Source: a virus (taxonomy: Duplodnaviria; Caudoviricetes). Taken from it: DNA of 53,213 nt. The notes under the pieces are model-generated. The model did not search any database, had not been told where the DNA came from, and was given only the letters and a program-made list of their open reading frames with translations. The stretch is from the IMG/VR virus record IMGVR_UViG_3300012942_000008, positions 1-53,213 of that record; one strand, written 5' to 3'. Of this stretch, positions 1 to 11,100 are shown piece by piece. How positions within the stretch are numbered: position 1 is the stretch's first letter; the number at the start of each line of letters is the position of its first letter. The translations under genes and the position numbers were made by a program.

Positions 1-123
1 ACAGGCCAGCCAGTACCAGTTTGTCTGCACCAATTTCTATGGCGAGGCCGAGTACGAAGGCGTCTATGGCGTATCGGGCGCAGCTCCTGCGTTCACCTAC
101 GACGGCCATCGGTGCATGACGGT
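1..123. repeat. Terminal overlap (copy 1) of a circular contig
   Basis: 1-123 is identical to 53091-53213, and a CDS reads through the junction in frame. Confidence 0.97.
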
Positions 124-1234
124 GCGCACACCGCTCGACCCGGCGCAGGACATGCCGCGTCACATCGCACAGCACGGTTCCTCGCTGGTGCTCGGTTACC
201 AGCCGGGCGCCTACATACTGTCGGCCGTGGGCGACCCCACGAACTTCCGAGGCGAGGACGATGCGGCCAGCATCGAGATCGGCGAGCCGCTGACGAACCT
301 GTTGCCAGCGATGTCGGACGCGTTGCTTATCACCTCACCGTCCAAGACCCTGATGCTTCAGGGGCTGACGCCTGACACCTACCAGCAGAACACCGTCTCG
401 GCCAACCGCGGCGCCATCGAATACACCGGTGCCGATGTAGGTCGCCTCCTGACGACGGACACGATGGGCGTTGCTGGCACGGATGCTACGGACGCCTTCG
501 GCGACTTGGTGCACACCTACCTGTCCGAGAACGTCCAGTCGTGGCTGGGGCCGCGCCTGCATTCCACGCTGGGCGCCGACTCCGTGCTGCAGCAGCCGAT
601 CTGCGCGCTACCCGTGCGCCGCACGAATCAGTACCGGCTGTACTTCCGCGACGGCTACGTGATGACCATGACGGCCAACGATACGCCGGCCTTCATGCTG
701 CAGCGCTATTACCAGCCCTCGGGCGATCCGGATTTGCCTGATGAGCCATTCCCGCTTTCCACGGCATGCACCGGCGTGGACTCGGTCGGCCGTGAGCGCG
801 TGTTCGGCAGCTTCGATGCCGATGCCAATCGTGGGTATGTCTTCGAGTTTGACCACGGCAACAGCTTCGATGGCCAGCCGATCCCCGCGTACTTCGTCCT
901 GAATCCCTTGTCGTTCAGCGAGACGATGACGCTGAAGCGCTTCGACCGGATGTTCCTGCTCGGACAAGCCGAAGGCTTTGCCCGGCCGAAGCTGAGCCGA
1001 GCCGTGAATTACGGCACGCCGGATGGCACGCCAGCCACATCGTTCGCCTTCGGCGATCCCTCTGCCGCTGCAGGCCGCCGACCTGTGCGAGGCATCGTGG
1101 ATGCCCCGATCGAGGGCTACGAGGTCACGGTGCGCATCGACTCGACCACCGACCAGGAAGGTCCGCACATCGTGCAGGCCATCGCCACTGATGCAGACGA
1201 TCGCGGGGATTCCCGCGGTCACGTACGAGGGTAA
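2..1234 (+). CDS. C-terminal part of a tail nozzle/tubular-type virion protein that begins at 51355 (about 989 aa across the junction)
   Basis: Same frame as the open ORF from 51355 via the overlap; lies between the adaptor gene and the ejection genes. Confidence 0.75.
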   Translation, partial: QASQYQFVCTNFYGEAEYEGVYGVSGAAPAFTYDGHRCMTVRTPLDPAQDMPRHIAQHGSSLVLGYQPGAYILSAVGDPTNFRGEDDAASIEIGEPLTNLLPAMSDALLITSPSKTLMLQGLTPDTYQQNTVSANRGAIEYTGADVGRLLTTDTMGVAGTDATDAFGDLVHTYLSENVQSWLGPRLHSTLGADSVLQQPICALPVRRTNQYRLYFRDGYVMTMTANDTPAFMLQRYYQPSGDPDLPDEPFPLSTACTGVDSVGRERVFGSFDADANRGYVFEFDHGNSFDGQPIPAYFVLNPLSFSETMTLKRFDRMFLLGQAEGFARPKLSRAVNYGTPDGTPATSFAFGDPSAAAGRRPVRGIVDAPIEGYEVTVRIDSTTDQEGPHIVQAIATDADDRGDSRGHVRG

Positions 1235-1238
1235 TTCC

Positions 1239-2339
1239 ATGCTGCCAATCACGAAAAACCTTGGGTCGGGCGGCGTGTACGCTCCCACTGGTGGCGCGTC
1301 CACGCCATCGACCTACACACCGCCAGTGAGTACGGGCACGGTGGCCAAGGCGCCCGCGAGTGGCCTGATGGCCATGGCGTCGGGCAAGCCTCTGTCTGCT
1401 ACGAAGCCCACGGCCCAAGCCTCGGCGGCGACGTACAACGCCACCGGCTACACCCCTACGGATGCCACGACGTCGACCTACTCGCCAACCACTGGCACGG
1501 CTTCTACCTATGACGCCACCAATGTGGATCGCACGGGCAGCACCTACGACCCGACGCTGCAGACGGTCGATCCGAACTCGCTCGTGAGCAACCAGCTCAC
1601 GGGCCTGACCAGCGGTGACAGCAAGTACATCGAGGACGCGCGTCAAACCGGTCTGGAGACGGCGGCCAAATCGGGACTGATGACCAGCTCCATCGCTGCC
1701 GGGAATGCCGAGCGTGCAGCGGTGCAGGCGGCGCTTCCGATCGCGCAGCAGGATGCGTCCACCTACGCGAATGTTTCGGCTGCAAACCAAACCGCGACGA
1801 ACACGGCCAACCAGTTCAACGCAGGCCAGACGCTGCAGGCGTCGACGACGGATGCCAACGCGACGAACACGGCCGGCCAGTTCAACGCGCAAAGCCAGGA
1901 TTCGATGACGCAAGCCAACATGGATGCGGAGAACACGGCCGGCCAGTTCAACGCCAACGCCGACAACCAGACCAGTCAGTTCAACGCGAACTCAAGCAAC
2001 CAGGCAGCGGCCTACAACGCGAATGCCGAAAATGAAGCCGGCCAGTACAACACCGGCCAGGTCAACGCCACCAACCAGTTCAACGCCAGCCAGACCAACA
2101 GCAATCAGCTTGCCTACTCGCAACTCGACGCCCAGCAGTCGAACCTCTGGTACGGCACCGAGCAGAACCGCGAGCAGGAAATGGCGGCGGTGATGCAGTC
2201 GATCTACAGCAACTCCAACCTGACGCCGGCCCAGCAGGAGCAGGCCGCGGCCAACGCCAAAACCGTGTTCCAAGGCCTGTGGGATGCCACGGACGCCACG
2301 TTCGCCCAAGGCGTCCCCGACGTGTTCACCAACGTATGA
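1239..2339 (+). CDS. Putative internal virion/ejection protein with N-x-A-x-Q-F-N-A repeats
   Basis: ATG 1239 after GAGG; T/A/N/Q-rich; ~11-aa QFNA repeats; module position. Confidence 0.6.
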   Translation: MLPITKNLGSGGVYAPTGGASTPSTYTPPVSTGTVAKAPASGLMAMASGKPLSATKPTAQASAATYNATGYTPTDATTSTYSPTTGTASTYDATNVDRTGSTYDPTLQTVDPNSLVSNQLTGLTSGDSKYIEDARQTGLETAAKSGLMTSSIAAGNAERAAVQAALPIAQQDASTYANVSAANQTATNTANQFNAGQTLQASTTDANATNTAGQFNAQSQDSMTQANMDAENTAGQFNANADNQTSQFNANSSNQAAAYNANAENEAGQYNTGQVNATNQFNASQTNSNQLAYSQLDAQQSNLWYGTEQNREQEMAAVMQSIYSNSNLTPAQQEQAAANAKTVFQGLWDATDATFAQGVPDVFTNV

Positions 2340-2794
2340 GCATCACTGTCCGTACTGCGGGCCTGGGCGATCTGACGCGACTGGTCATCCTCGGCCGTGT
2401 GGCGCATGCAGCCAGCAACTACAGCGATATCCCGTTCAATGCCAACGTGACTCGCGACATGTTCCGCGGCGCGGTGCTTCTGAAGGGGCAGGACGTGCTG
2501 ATTGCCGAGCGCGGGGACGGATCGCTGGCCGGCTTCCTAGTCGCCCTGACCATCGAGCTGCCGTTCTCGCGCCGCAAGTATGCCGCCGATGCCGCTTTCT
2601 GGGCCGAGCACGGTGGCGACAGGTTGTTGGATGCCTTCATCAACTGGGCGCGCGCCAAACACGTCGCGCGTATCGACCTCAGCGTGTCGCAAGCCGATCC
2701 GGAAAACCGGGTCGATCAGCTCTATTTGCGCAAAGGATTCGAGCGCACGGGCGGTATGTACCTCATGAAACTTCAGCAGGAGAACGCATCGTGA
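2336..2794 (+). CDS. GNAT-fold acetyltransferase-like protein of the tail/ejection module
   Basis: ATGA overlap; VRTAGLGDL start, GGDRLLDAFINWAR, QLYLRKGF GNAT motifs. Confidence 0.7.
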   Translation: MSITVRTAGLGDLTRLVILGRVAHAASNYSDIPFNANVTRDMFRGAVLLKGQDVLIAERGDGSLAGFLVALTIELPFSRRKYAADAAFWAEHGGDRLLDAFINWARAKHVARIDLSVSQADPENRVDQLYLRKGFERTGGMYLMKLQQENAS

Positions 2795-3861
2795 GCGGAG
2801 TCAAGAAAGTAGTGAAGGGTGTGACTCACGCCGTGAAGTCCGTGGTGAAGGGCGTCACGCACTTCGTGAAGAAATATTGGAAGCAGATCGTCATCGCTGC
2901 CGCCATCGTGTTCACGGCCGGGATCGCCACGGTAGGTGTCGCGGGATTCAGTACGGCAATGGCGAGTGCCGGAGGGGGATTTGCCGGATTCATGTCGGCA
3001 GCCGGATCGACGATGGTGGCCGGTGTCGCGTCGATCGGCGGAAGTCTTGGCATCGGCAGCGGCGTCACGGCCGGTACGGCAGGTGGTGCGTTTGCCGCGG
3101 CGCCCGTCATGTCGGGCGTTGCGGCCGGTTCCGGACTAACCCTGGGCACTGGTGCTGCGGCCCAGGCAGCCGGTATCGCCGCCTCCACCTATTATGCGCC
3201 GGCGGCGACCACCACGGCAGCAGGTGCGGCTGCCGGCGGTGCGGCGGGTGCCTCCATGGGCGCCTTGGCGGCTCCTGGTGCAGTGCCTACCGCAGCAGCT
3301 GCCGGAGGCGCCACGGGCACCGGTACGCTGGCAACCACGGCCGGGACAGTCGGGACGGGAGCAGCAGCCAACGTGGCAACCCAGGCGGGATCGACAGCCG
3401 CCAACACCGTGGCGAATAGCGCCACCCAGACCGCCGCGAAAAGGGGTTTGCTCGACACCGTGCTGAACAGCAAGGGCTCGGGTGCCCTGATCGCTGCCGG
3501 CATCCAGGGCATCAATGGGTACGAACAGGGGAAGGCCCAGCAGGATTACTTGGACGAAACCAAGCCGCTCAGTTACTGGGGCGTTGGCGCGCGTGGTGAT
3601 TCAAATGGTGGAGGCGCGATCCAAAGCCCGTGGAGCAACGGCGACACGCTCACATCCCCAAGCGCCTTCAATGCGAACACCACGCCTGTGGGCCGTAACT
3701 CGGCCGTGGTGCAGCAAACCCCCAACGGATCACAGTTGATGCAGGGCTTGCCGAACGCCAACCAGGGACTAATGGCCCAAGCATGGAACGTCAACACCGG
3801 CGCGCCCGTCGACCCGAACGATCCGAATGCGCTTCCCGACAACCTCCAGTGGTATCAGTGA
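2791..3861 (+). CDS. Putative DNA ejection protein (Gly/Ala-rich, hydrophobic N-region)
   Basis: GTG after AGGAG; basic amphipathic KKVVKGV repeat, then TM-like G/A-rich stretch. Confidence 0.6.
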   Translation: MSGVKKVVKGVTHAVKSVVKGVTHFVKKYWKQIVIAAAIVFTAGIATVGVAGFSTAMASAGGGFAGFMSAAGSTMVAGVASIGGSLGIGSGVTAGTAGGAFAAAPVMSGVAAGSGLTLGTGAAAQAAGIAASTYYAPAATTTAAGAAAGGAAGASMGALAAPGAVPTAAAAGGATGTGTLATTAGTVGTGAAANVATQAGSTAANTVANSATQTAAKRGLLDTVLNSKGSGALIAAGIQGINGYEQGKAQQDYLDETKPLSYWGVGARGDSNGGGAIQSPWSNGDTLTSPSAFNANTTPVGRNSAVVQQTPNGSQLMQGLPNANQGLMAQAWNVNTGAPVDPNDPNALPDNLQWYQ

Positions 3862-3862
3862 C

Positions 3863-4441
3863 ATGGCCAAGACCACCACACACTCGCAGCCTGGCGAGCA
3901 GAAGATTTTCGAAACCATGCTGGCTGGCTTGCTGAATTGGGTATGGGGTCAAGGCAAAGCCGACATCCAGCGGCAGATTCAGCAAGCCACGTCTGATACG
4001 TTGGCCACGACCATCGGCCACATCGTCTACGCGCTGGTGCAGCAAGGTGCGGAGCAGGCGGCACAGAAAGGCTATGAGCTGACCATGGACATGCTGATGG
4101 GCGTTGCCACGGAGCTGATCGAGTCGCTGGAGAAGATGGCGGCAGCGATGAACCAGCAATTCGATGCGCAGGCCGTAGGCTTGCAGGCACTTACCACGGC
4201 TCTTTCCGACTACGCCCACTCGCAACCAGAGGGAAGCGAGGGACAGCAGGATGCCCAGCAGGCATTGAAGGAATTGGGCAAACAGAGCGTGGACGATGCC
4301 AGTGCCACGCTATCCCAGATCGGGCAGCGTAATGGCGTCGATCCTTTCGCACAGTCGCAGCAGGCCACTCAGGGCGCGCAGGCCCCGTCGCCGTCCGCGC
4401 CTGCTCCGCAGCAGCAAGGACTGATGGGGGCCGCACAATGA
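3863..4441 (+). CDS. Hypothetical virion protein
   Basis: ATG 3863, tightly packed in the operon, helical Q/A-rich. Confidence 0.55.
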   Translation: MAKTTTHSQPGEQKIFETMLAGLLNWVWGQGKADIQRQIQQATSDTLATTIGHIVYALVQQGAEQAAQKGYELTMDMLMGVATELIESLEKMAAAMNQQFDAQAVGLQALTTALSDYAHSQPEGSEGQQDAQQALKELGKQSVDDASATLSQIGQRNGVDPFAQSQQATQGAQAPSPSAPAPQQQGLMGAAQ

Positions 4442-5175
4442 ATCGCGCACTCGCTTACGGATTGATGGGAGCAGCCCAAGGTGGCCTGCAGGGCCTCCAG
4501 GACGAATGGAAGCAAAACCAAGAAGACATTCGCACGCAGAAATTGTTGCAGGCCAAGACGCAGGAAGCGGTGGCGCTGAAACAGATGGAGGCGCAGTTCA
4601 ACTCGGCCGCGACGGTACAAAAAATCAGCGCCCAGTTGCAGGCGGATCAAACCCTGCAGACGCAGAAAGCCGCGGATGCCAGCTCGCTGCAAACCCAGCG
4701 TGATGCCGCGGCAGCGCAACGCACATCCGCCACGACCGCGGCTGAACAGGCCCGCGCAAACACCACTGCCGGTGCCACGATCCAGGCGGCCAAGATACGG
4801 GCAAGTGCCACCCAGACGCCGCGACCGAGTGGCAATCAGATCTGGCAGCTCCCGGACGGAACGAACGTGTTGGTCAAGCCTGGCGAGTCGCCTCCGACCA
4901 AAGGGCAACTCTTGTGGACGAATGGCGGCAGCGTGGGCGCGCGCATTCGTGGTGGCACTCCCGGTGTCGGCAGCGCGTTGAATGGTTTCGGCGCGGCGCC
5001 GGCCGTGAATAGTTCTGGTGCAACATCCTCTCCGGCGACGGCGTCTCCCGCACCTACGAGTTACCCAGCGATTCCGGCATCTGCCGCGCAATACCTGCAG
5101 CAACACCCCGACACACAAGCCTTGTTCGATCAGAAATATGGTTCCGGCGCCGCGGCGCGCATCTTGGGACAGTAA
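4438..5175 (+). CDS. Putative ejection protein
   Basis: ATGA overlap; coiled-coil; C-terminal YLQQHP...FDQKYGSGAA motif. Confidence 0.55.
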   Translation: MNRALAYGLMGAAQGGLQGLQDEWKQNQEDIRTQKLLQAKTQEAVALKQMEAQFNSAATVQKISAQLQADQTLQTQKAADASSLQTQRDAAAAQRTSATTAAEQARANTTAGATIQAAKIRASATQTPRPSGNQIWQLPDGTNVLVKPGESPPTKGQLLWTNGGSVGARIRGGTPGVGSALNGFGAAPAVNSSGATSSPATASPAPTSYPAIPASAAQYLQQHPDTQALFDQKYGSGAAARILGQ

Positions 5176-5178
5176 TCT

Positions 5179-8100
5179 GTGGCGAATCCATACGATCAGT
5201 TCGACACGCCTGCCGCATCGCCGGCACCGGTGCCCGCCAATCCCTACGATCAGTTCGATGCATTGCCCGCGTTACCGGCTGGCGCCTACCAGATGCCGGC
5301 GGCGGACGATGTCCCACACCTGACGGCGCAAGGCGCGCTGGCCGATGTGCCAACGAATCAGGACGTGCAGGCGCTTCAGCACGATCAGGCAGCCGTGAAT
5401 TACGCGGCGGATCAGGGTACGCCGAGCCCGTTCGTTACAGCGTCGCCGCTGGTTTCTGCGCTTCGTGCGTCGCCGTCGCAGTCGTTCGATGCGCAATTTG
5501 GCCAAGGTGCCGCGCAGCAGTACCTGACGGCAGATACGAATGCGCCCGCAACCGACGCCGCACCGTCGATGTTTTCCGGCGACTGGTGGAAACAGCAACT
5601 CGGCGCCATGGGCGAGCAGCCCTACGGGACCGGCGCCGGATACCTGATCGATAACCCGGTCACGCGTGGGCTCGGGTTGGCTGCCGCCGACACGGATATG
5701 GGGCTTTCCTATCTGGCTGGCCGTGGGGCTGCCGCGCTCGGCTTGACGGGCGCTCAACGCTATTTCGGTGGCGAAGTGGCTGCCGACAAGGCAAAGGCTG
5801 CGGCGCTGACGGCACCCAAGGATGCCGGCGTGGGTTCCCTCATCACGCAGGGTGTTTCGAACCTTGGGGGTCAACTGGCCATCGGCGGCTTGACGGGGGG
5901 CGCGGCTCCAGAAGTGAGCGCCGCGAGCGGCCTCGCGCGCACGGGTCTGATGGATGCAGCGAAGGGTGCCGTGCTCAACCCGTCGACACGCATGGCGGCG
6001 ACGCTCGGTGTGTCGCAGGCCGGCAGCGAGGCGGCTCAGCTTCAGGCCGAAGGCAAGCCCGTCTCCGCGACGGATCTGGCCTCCATGGCTGCCGCCAATA
6101 CGGCGGCCAATCTGGTGCCTCTGGCTGGACGATGGTCGCTACCCGCTCGCGTTGCCTCTGGCGCCCTGGTGGGCGAGGCCACCAACGAAGCCGGTAACGT
6201 AGCTGCAGGCCGCCCCATGGGCACCGGCGCCGTGATGGCAACCGGTATGGGGGCTGCACTCGGCGTACTTCCTGGCCATGGCGCATCCTCACTGGCCGAC
6301 GAACGCGCAGCGCTTGCCGCCCAGATCCAGTTCGGCAACCGGGTGGACTTTCTGCGCGACGCGGTGGCGCGCCAGGACTTCGATGAGCGGATGGGGCAGG
6401 CGGCACAGCAGCATGGCGGCAGCGTGCCGCCGGAAGTAGCCTCTCAACTGGCGCAGACTGTCGCGGATGCCCACGGCACCAGCGTGGAAGCCTTGGCCAG
6501 TGCGCCCGCCAGTCCGGCCGAGGCCGGAGCCGCCGCGGCTGACCAGATGCTGGCCGAGTCGGCGCAGGCGGTGGCGCCGGAGTCGGTAGCGTCGGAGAGC
6601 GCCACAGTTCCGACGCCCCGGGGGACCGCCGAGCCCTTGGCGCCTGACCTTGCGCCACGTACGCCGGAGCTGCCGCAGGTGGCCCCGGACGTCTCCCGAG
6701 ATGACTTGGTGCAGCAGTGGCGCCAGGCTCGCACCGACGGCGAGCGTGCGGACGCCGCGGCGCGCATCGCGGCATTCGACCAGCAAAAACAGGCTCAACC
6801 ACCCGAGCCCGCAGCCGTGACAGCAGAGGACACATCCCCCACAACCCCGCCTGATGGCGGGGTTTCTGCTTCTGGCGAGGCGAATCCCTACGACCAGTTC
6901 GACGACGACACCCTGGCCGCGCAAAGCGATGATGATTCGCCGCCGTGGTGGTTGGCGGCGCAGCAGGAAGCGGCGCAGCAGGAAGCTTCCCAGACCGCGG
7001 CCCCGAGCGCAGCTGACGACAGGCCGCTCGTGGAATCAATGCGCCCTGAAATTGGCTGGGACACCATGGGCGGCCGCATCATCCGTGAAGCCGACACCGG
7101 CGGCGAGAAGCCGGAAGTGGTCGGGCGCACGCCATGGGTGGGCAAGCCGGGGCCAGATGGCGAGGAATCGCAGTTCTGGCGTAACCGTCCGGCTGAGGGC
7201 GGCAAGATCAGCGAGAAGGCCGCGCATGCCGCGTTGGACAAATACGCCGCCGGCCAGCCGCTGAACGCCAAGGAATCCCGGTTTGTCGATTACGCGCGCC
7301 AATCGGCACAGGACTATGAGGCCGCACGCCAGCGGGCCGAAGCCGAGTTCCAGCAGGACCAGAACGATATGGATGCGGCTGGCCACGTACAGGCGCACCA
7401 AGCGCTGGCCGATGAAGGCGTCCACTACAATCCGGCCGATCACCAAGATGCGTTGACGTTGTCACAGTGGGTGCAGCGAGCGCATGATGCGGGCGTTCCA
7501 GCCGAGAAGATTATCGACGCCACATGGGGGGGCAGTTCCGCCGATCAAGCGCGGCAACTGGCGAACCACATCAACGAAGCGGAGGCCCAACGTGGCACTG
7601 ACACAGGAACAGCGTCGATCCGTCGTGGCGGCGACCTTGAAACGGATCGAGAAGGGCAAGCCGCCGCTGGTGCCGAAGTCGCCGAACCGCGGCCCGACAG
7701 CACCTTTGAACTTGTACCCGAAGGCGCGCGCACCGAAGAACCTCGACAGCAAGTAGCGCAGCAGAGTGGCCTATTCGCCGAGCCGACGGCCGACGAACGC
7801 AATCGTGCGGCGATCGAGGCCAAGGATGCCGAACGCAATGGGTTGGCTGGCGGCCGCGATGACACCGGCGACGGTGGCTTGTTCGACGGCGATCGGCCGG
7901 AGCAGACGCGCATTCCCGAGCCGCCGCGTGCGAGCCGCGGAACCGCCGAATCCGAAGCGCCAGCATTCACGCCAGAACAGGTGCGTGGCCACGCGCGTAA
8001 GGCGTGGGGCAATCGCTTCATCGCGAAGCTGGAGCGCGCCGGCGTCTTGCACTTCATCACGACCGACGATGCGATCGCGCAAGGTCTTGGTTCTGCCGAT

Positions 8101-11100
8101 GACCTGCGCGGCGTAAAAGGCCTGTACCACGACGGCCGCGCCTATGTGTTGACTGACCAGGTGCGAGATGCGTCGCACGTGCCCGGTATCATCCTGCACG
8201 AAGCAGGATTGCACTTCGGTTACGACAACCTGACCACGCCGGCCGAGCGCCAGGCGCTACGCAACCGGGTGAACCGCGCGCTTGCCGTCGGCGATCCCGA
8301 TATGGTGCGCGCGTGGCGGCATGCCGAGAAGGTAGGCACGCCGGCCCGTGCCATGCACGAAGAAGCCATGGCCTATCTGGCAGAGAACAGTCCAAGCCAC
8401 GGCATCGTGGCGCGTCTGCTCGATGCAGTGAAGCGCGGCCTGAATCGTGCCGGCGTGCCCATGGGCCTGTTGGAGTCGGACAGCGACGCCATCCGGCGTA
8501 CCGCGCGCGACATGTTGCGACGTGCCGCGAAGCCCGAGAAGGGACGTAGCGCCAGCGTGGACGAACATGGCACGCATGACTGGCGTGCTTCGACCGTTGG
8601 CGGTTCACCGGTGTTCTCGCGTGCCTACCATGGCACGCCACACCGCGGGATTGAAAAGGAAGGTTTTCGCCTCGACAAGATCGGATCCGGCGAAGGCAAT
8701 CAGTCCTACGGCCACGGCATCTACTTTGCAGGCAATCGCAAGGTGGCAGAGCACTACCGCACAGGTCTTTCCGAGCGCGGCTTCACCAACGCGGCGCGCG
8801 AGGCCTACGACCAGTACGACTCGCCGGCCGAAGCGGAGCGGGCACTCCTTGCCATCCGAGGCCTCAGCGACTCGCAGAAAGACTTGATTCGCGCACTCAA
8901 GAAGGATGACTGGCTTGGGTTTGATTATCCGCACCAGGCTATTCGTGCCGCGCTACGGGAGCCGCACAATTTCGAGATGTCACCGGAAACGCAGGATGCG
9001 CTCCGAAAGCAGGGTCAGCTCTACCACGCCGAAATCCCTGACGATCATGAATTGCTGGACTGGGACAAATCGCTGAGCGAGCAGCCGGAGAAAGTGCGCG
9101 CAGCACTGGCATCTATCCCGGGGCTTAGGCAGGCGCTAGGCCGGATATTCGTGCACATGCCTTGGGATGAACATAGCGGCGCCAGTGCGTACCGGCAGAT
9201 AAGCAAGCTCACTGGTGGTGATCGATCCGCATCGGAGAAGCTGAACGCCGCTGGCATTCCGGGGCTGCGCTACTTGGATGGTGCCAGTCGCCACGCTGGC
9301 GAGGGCACGCACAACTACGTCATCTGGGATCCATCGCGCCTGAACAACGACGTGACGCCGTACTACAGCCGTTATGCCGACAATCAGACAGCGTCGCCCG
9401 AATTCAAGCGTTGGTTCGGTGATTGGCAGGCGGCCGCCATGGAACAGCGCTTTGATAGCCTTCAGCCGACCGCCATTCATGTGCCAGAGGATTGGCGAGG
9501 CCTGTCGCTGATCAATCTCCGTGAGCGTGTACGGTCCGCGCTGGAAGAGCTGGCGGCATCAGGCGAACCGCTTCACCATCCCGAAATCGGCGACGTCGAA
9601 GTCAACCGCAACACGGGCGTGAAGAAGCCGCTGTCCAGCAGTCGCGATCCGACCAAGCTGTACGTTCTTGGCGACCTTCGCCGCGCCTTCGAGAAAAGCA
9701 TCTATGCCAGCGAGTCGAAACCGGCGGGAAATGAACCCAATGTAGCGGCCTACGAAAAGCTTCTGGCGAAGGTAGACATCGAAGGGAAGCCGTTGGCTGT
9801 CGTGTTCACCGTGCGACGCATGCGTGATGGACGCCAGTTCTACAACGCCGTGACGCTGGAACACGAAAAAACCCCGGCAGTTTCTCCGAGGGATACCCCC
9901 GCGAACGGGGAACACGCCACATCGGCCAATACCGGGGTTTCCACCTTTGTACGCCGGCAGTTGGAGCGCGTCAACCAGGACGATGTGTCCAAGGTCGTGG
10001 ATGACCATGGGCGCCCGAAGGTGGTCTATCACGGCACCGGCGACGGCTTCTGGTCGTTCAACGATGCGCGACTCGGCGAGTCCACTGCGCACATGACGGC
10101 GCCGCTGGGCCATTTCTTTGCCGAGAGCAAAGGCAGCGCCGAGCGGTACGCCGAGAACGCCAGCCGTGGCGTGCCAGCCGACCAGCGCGTGATCGACGCG
10201 CACCTGGCTATTCGCAAGCCCTTCAACATGACCACGGATGACCTGTTGCGGATCGAATCGCCCGATGAGTCGCGCGCGATCAAGCGACAGCTTCAGGCTC
10301 AGGGCTACGATGGCATTCATATCACCGACGCGCACCAATGGGTTGCATTCGATAGCCGACAGATCAAGTCGGCCAGCGCGAACCGGGGCACGTTCGACGC
10401 GAGCAATCCGGACATCCGCTATTCCCGTGACCTGCTCGGTGACGACGACAGCCCAGCAGGAAAGGTGCGCCGTGACGCGGCCATTGCGCGCCAGTCCGCA
10501 TTGAGCCAGCTCGCGGCCGAAGGCTATGGCCAAGGCGCTATCGGCTGGGACGGCAATCCCAATGAATACAAAGGATGGCGTGCCGGCGTGCAGAGCGCTA
10601 CGGCATCACTTGCTGACCGGTACGACCCCGTCAAACAGGTCCAGCGAGCGATTGCCGGCGGCGACGCGGATGCCGTGGCCGACGACGAGAACGTCTATCG
10701 CCTGGAAAACCTGATGCACGGGCGTGTGGGCGACCGTCTCGACATGCTCGATCGCGGCGCGGTGAAGCCGCTCATCAAGTCGATGAAGCAAATGCACGTG
10801 TCGTCGGCACTCTTGAACGACTACCTGCTGGCCCGACATGCGCCCGAACGCAACGCACGTATCGCGTCGATCAACCCGGCAATGAAGGATGGCGGGAGCG
10901 GCATCACCACACAGCAGGCTCGCGACATCATGGCTGGCCGTGCTGATGGCGTGTATTCCGGTCAGCGCATTACGGACGAGAACCGGCCGAAGCTGGAGAT
11001 GCTGGCCAAGCGCGTGGACCGCATCCGCGATCAAACCTTGGACGTCTTGGAAGGAAGTGGCCAGGTCACTCCAGGATTGGCTGCGCAGCTCCGCAAGACC

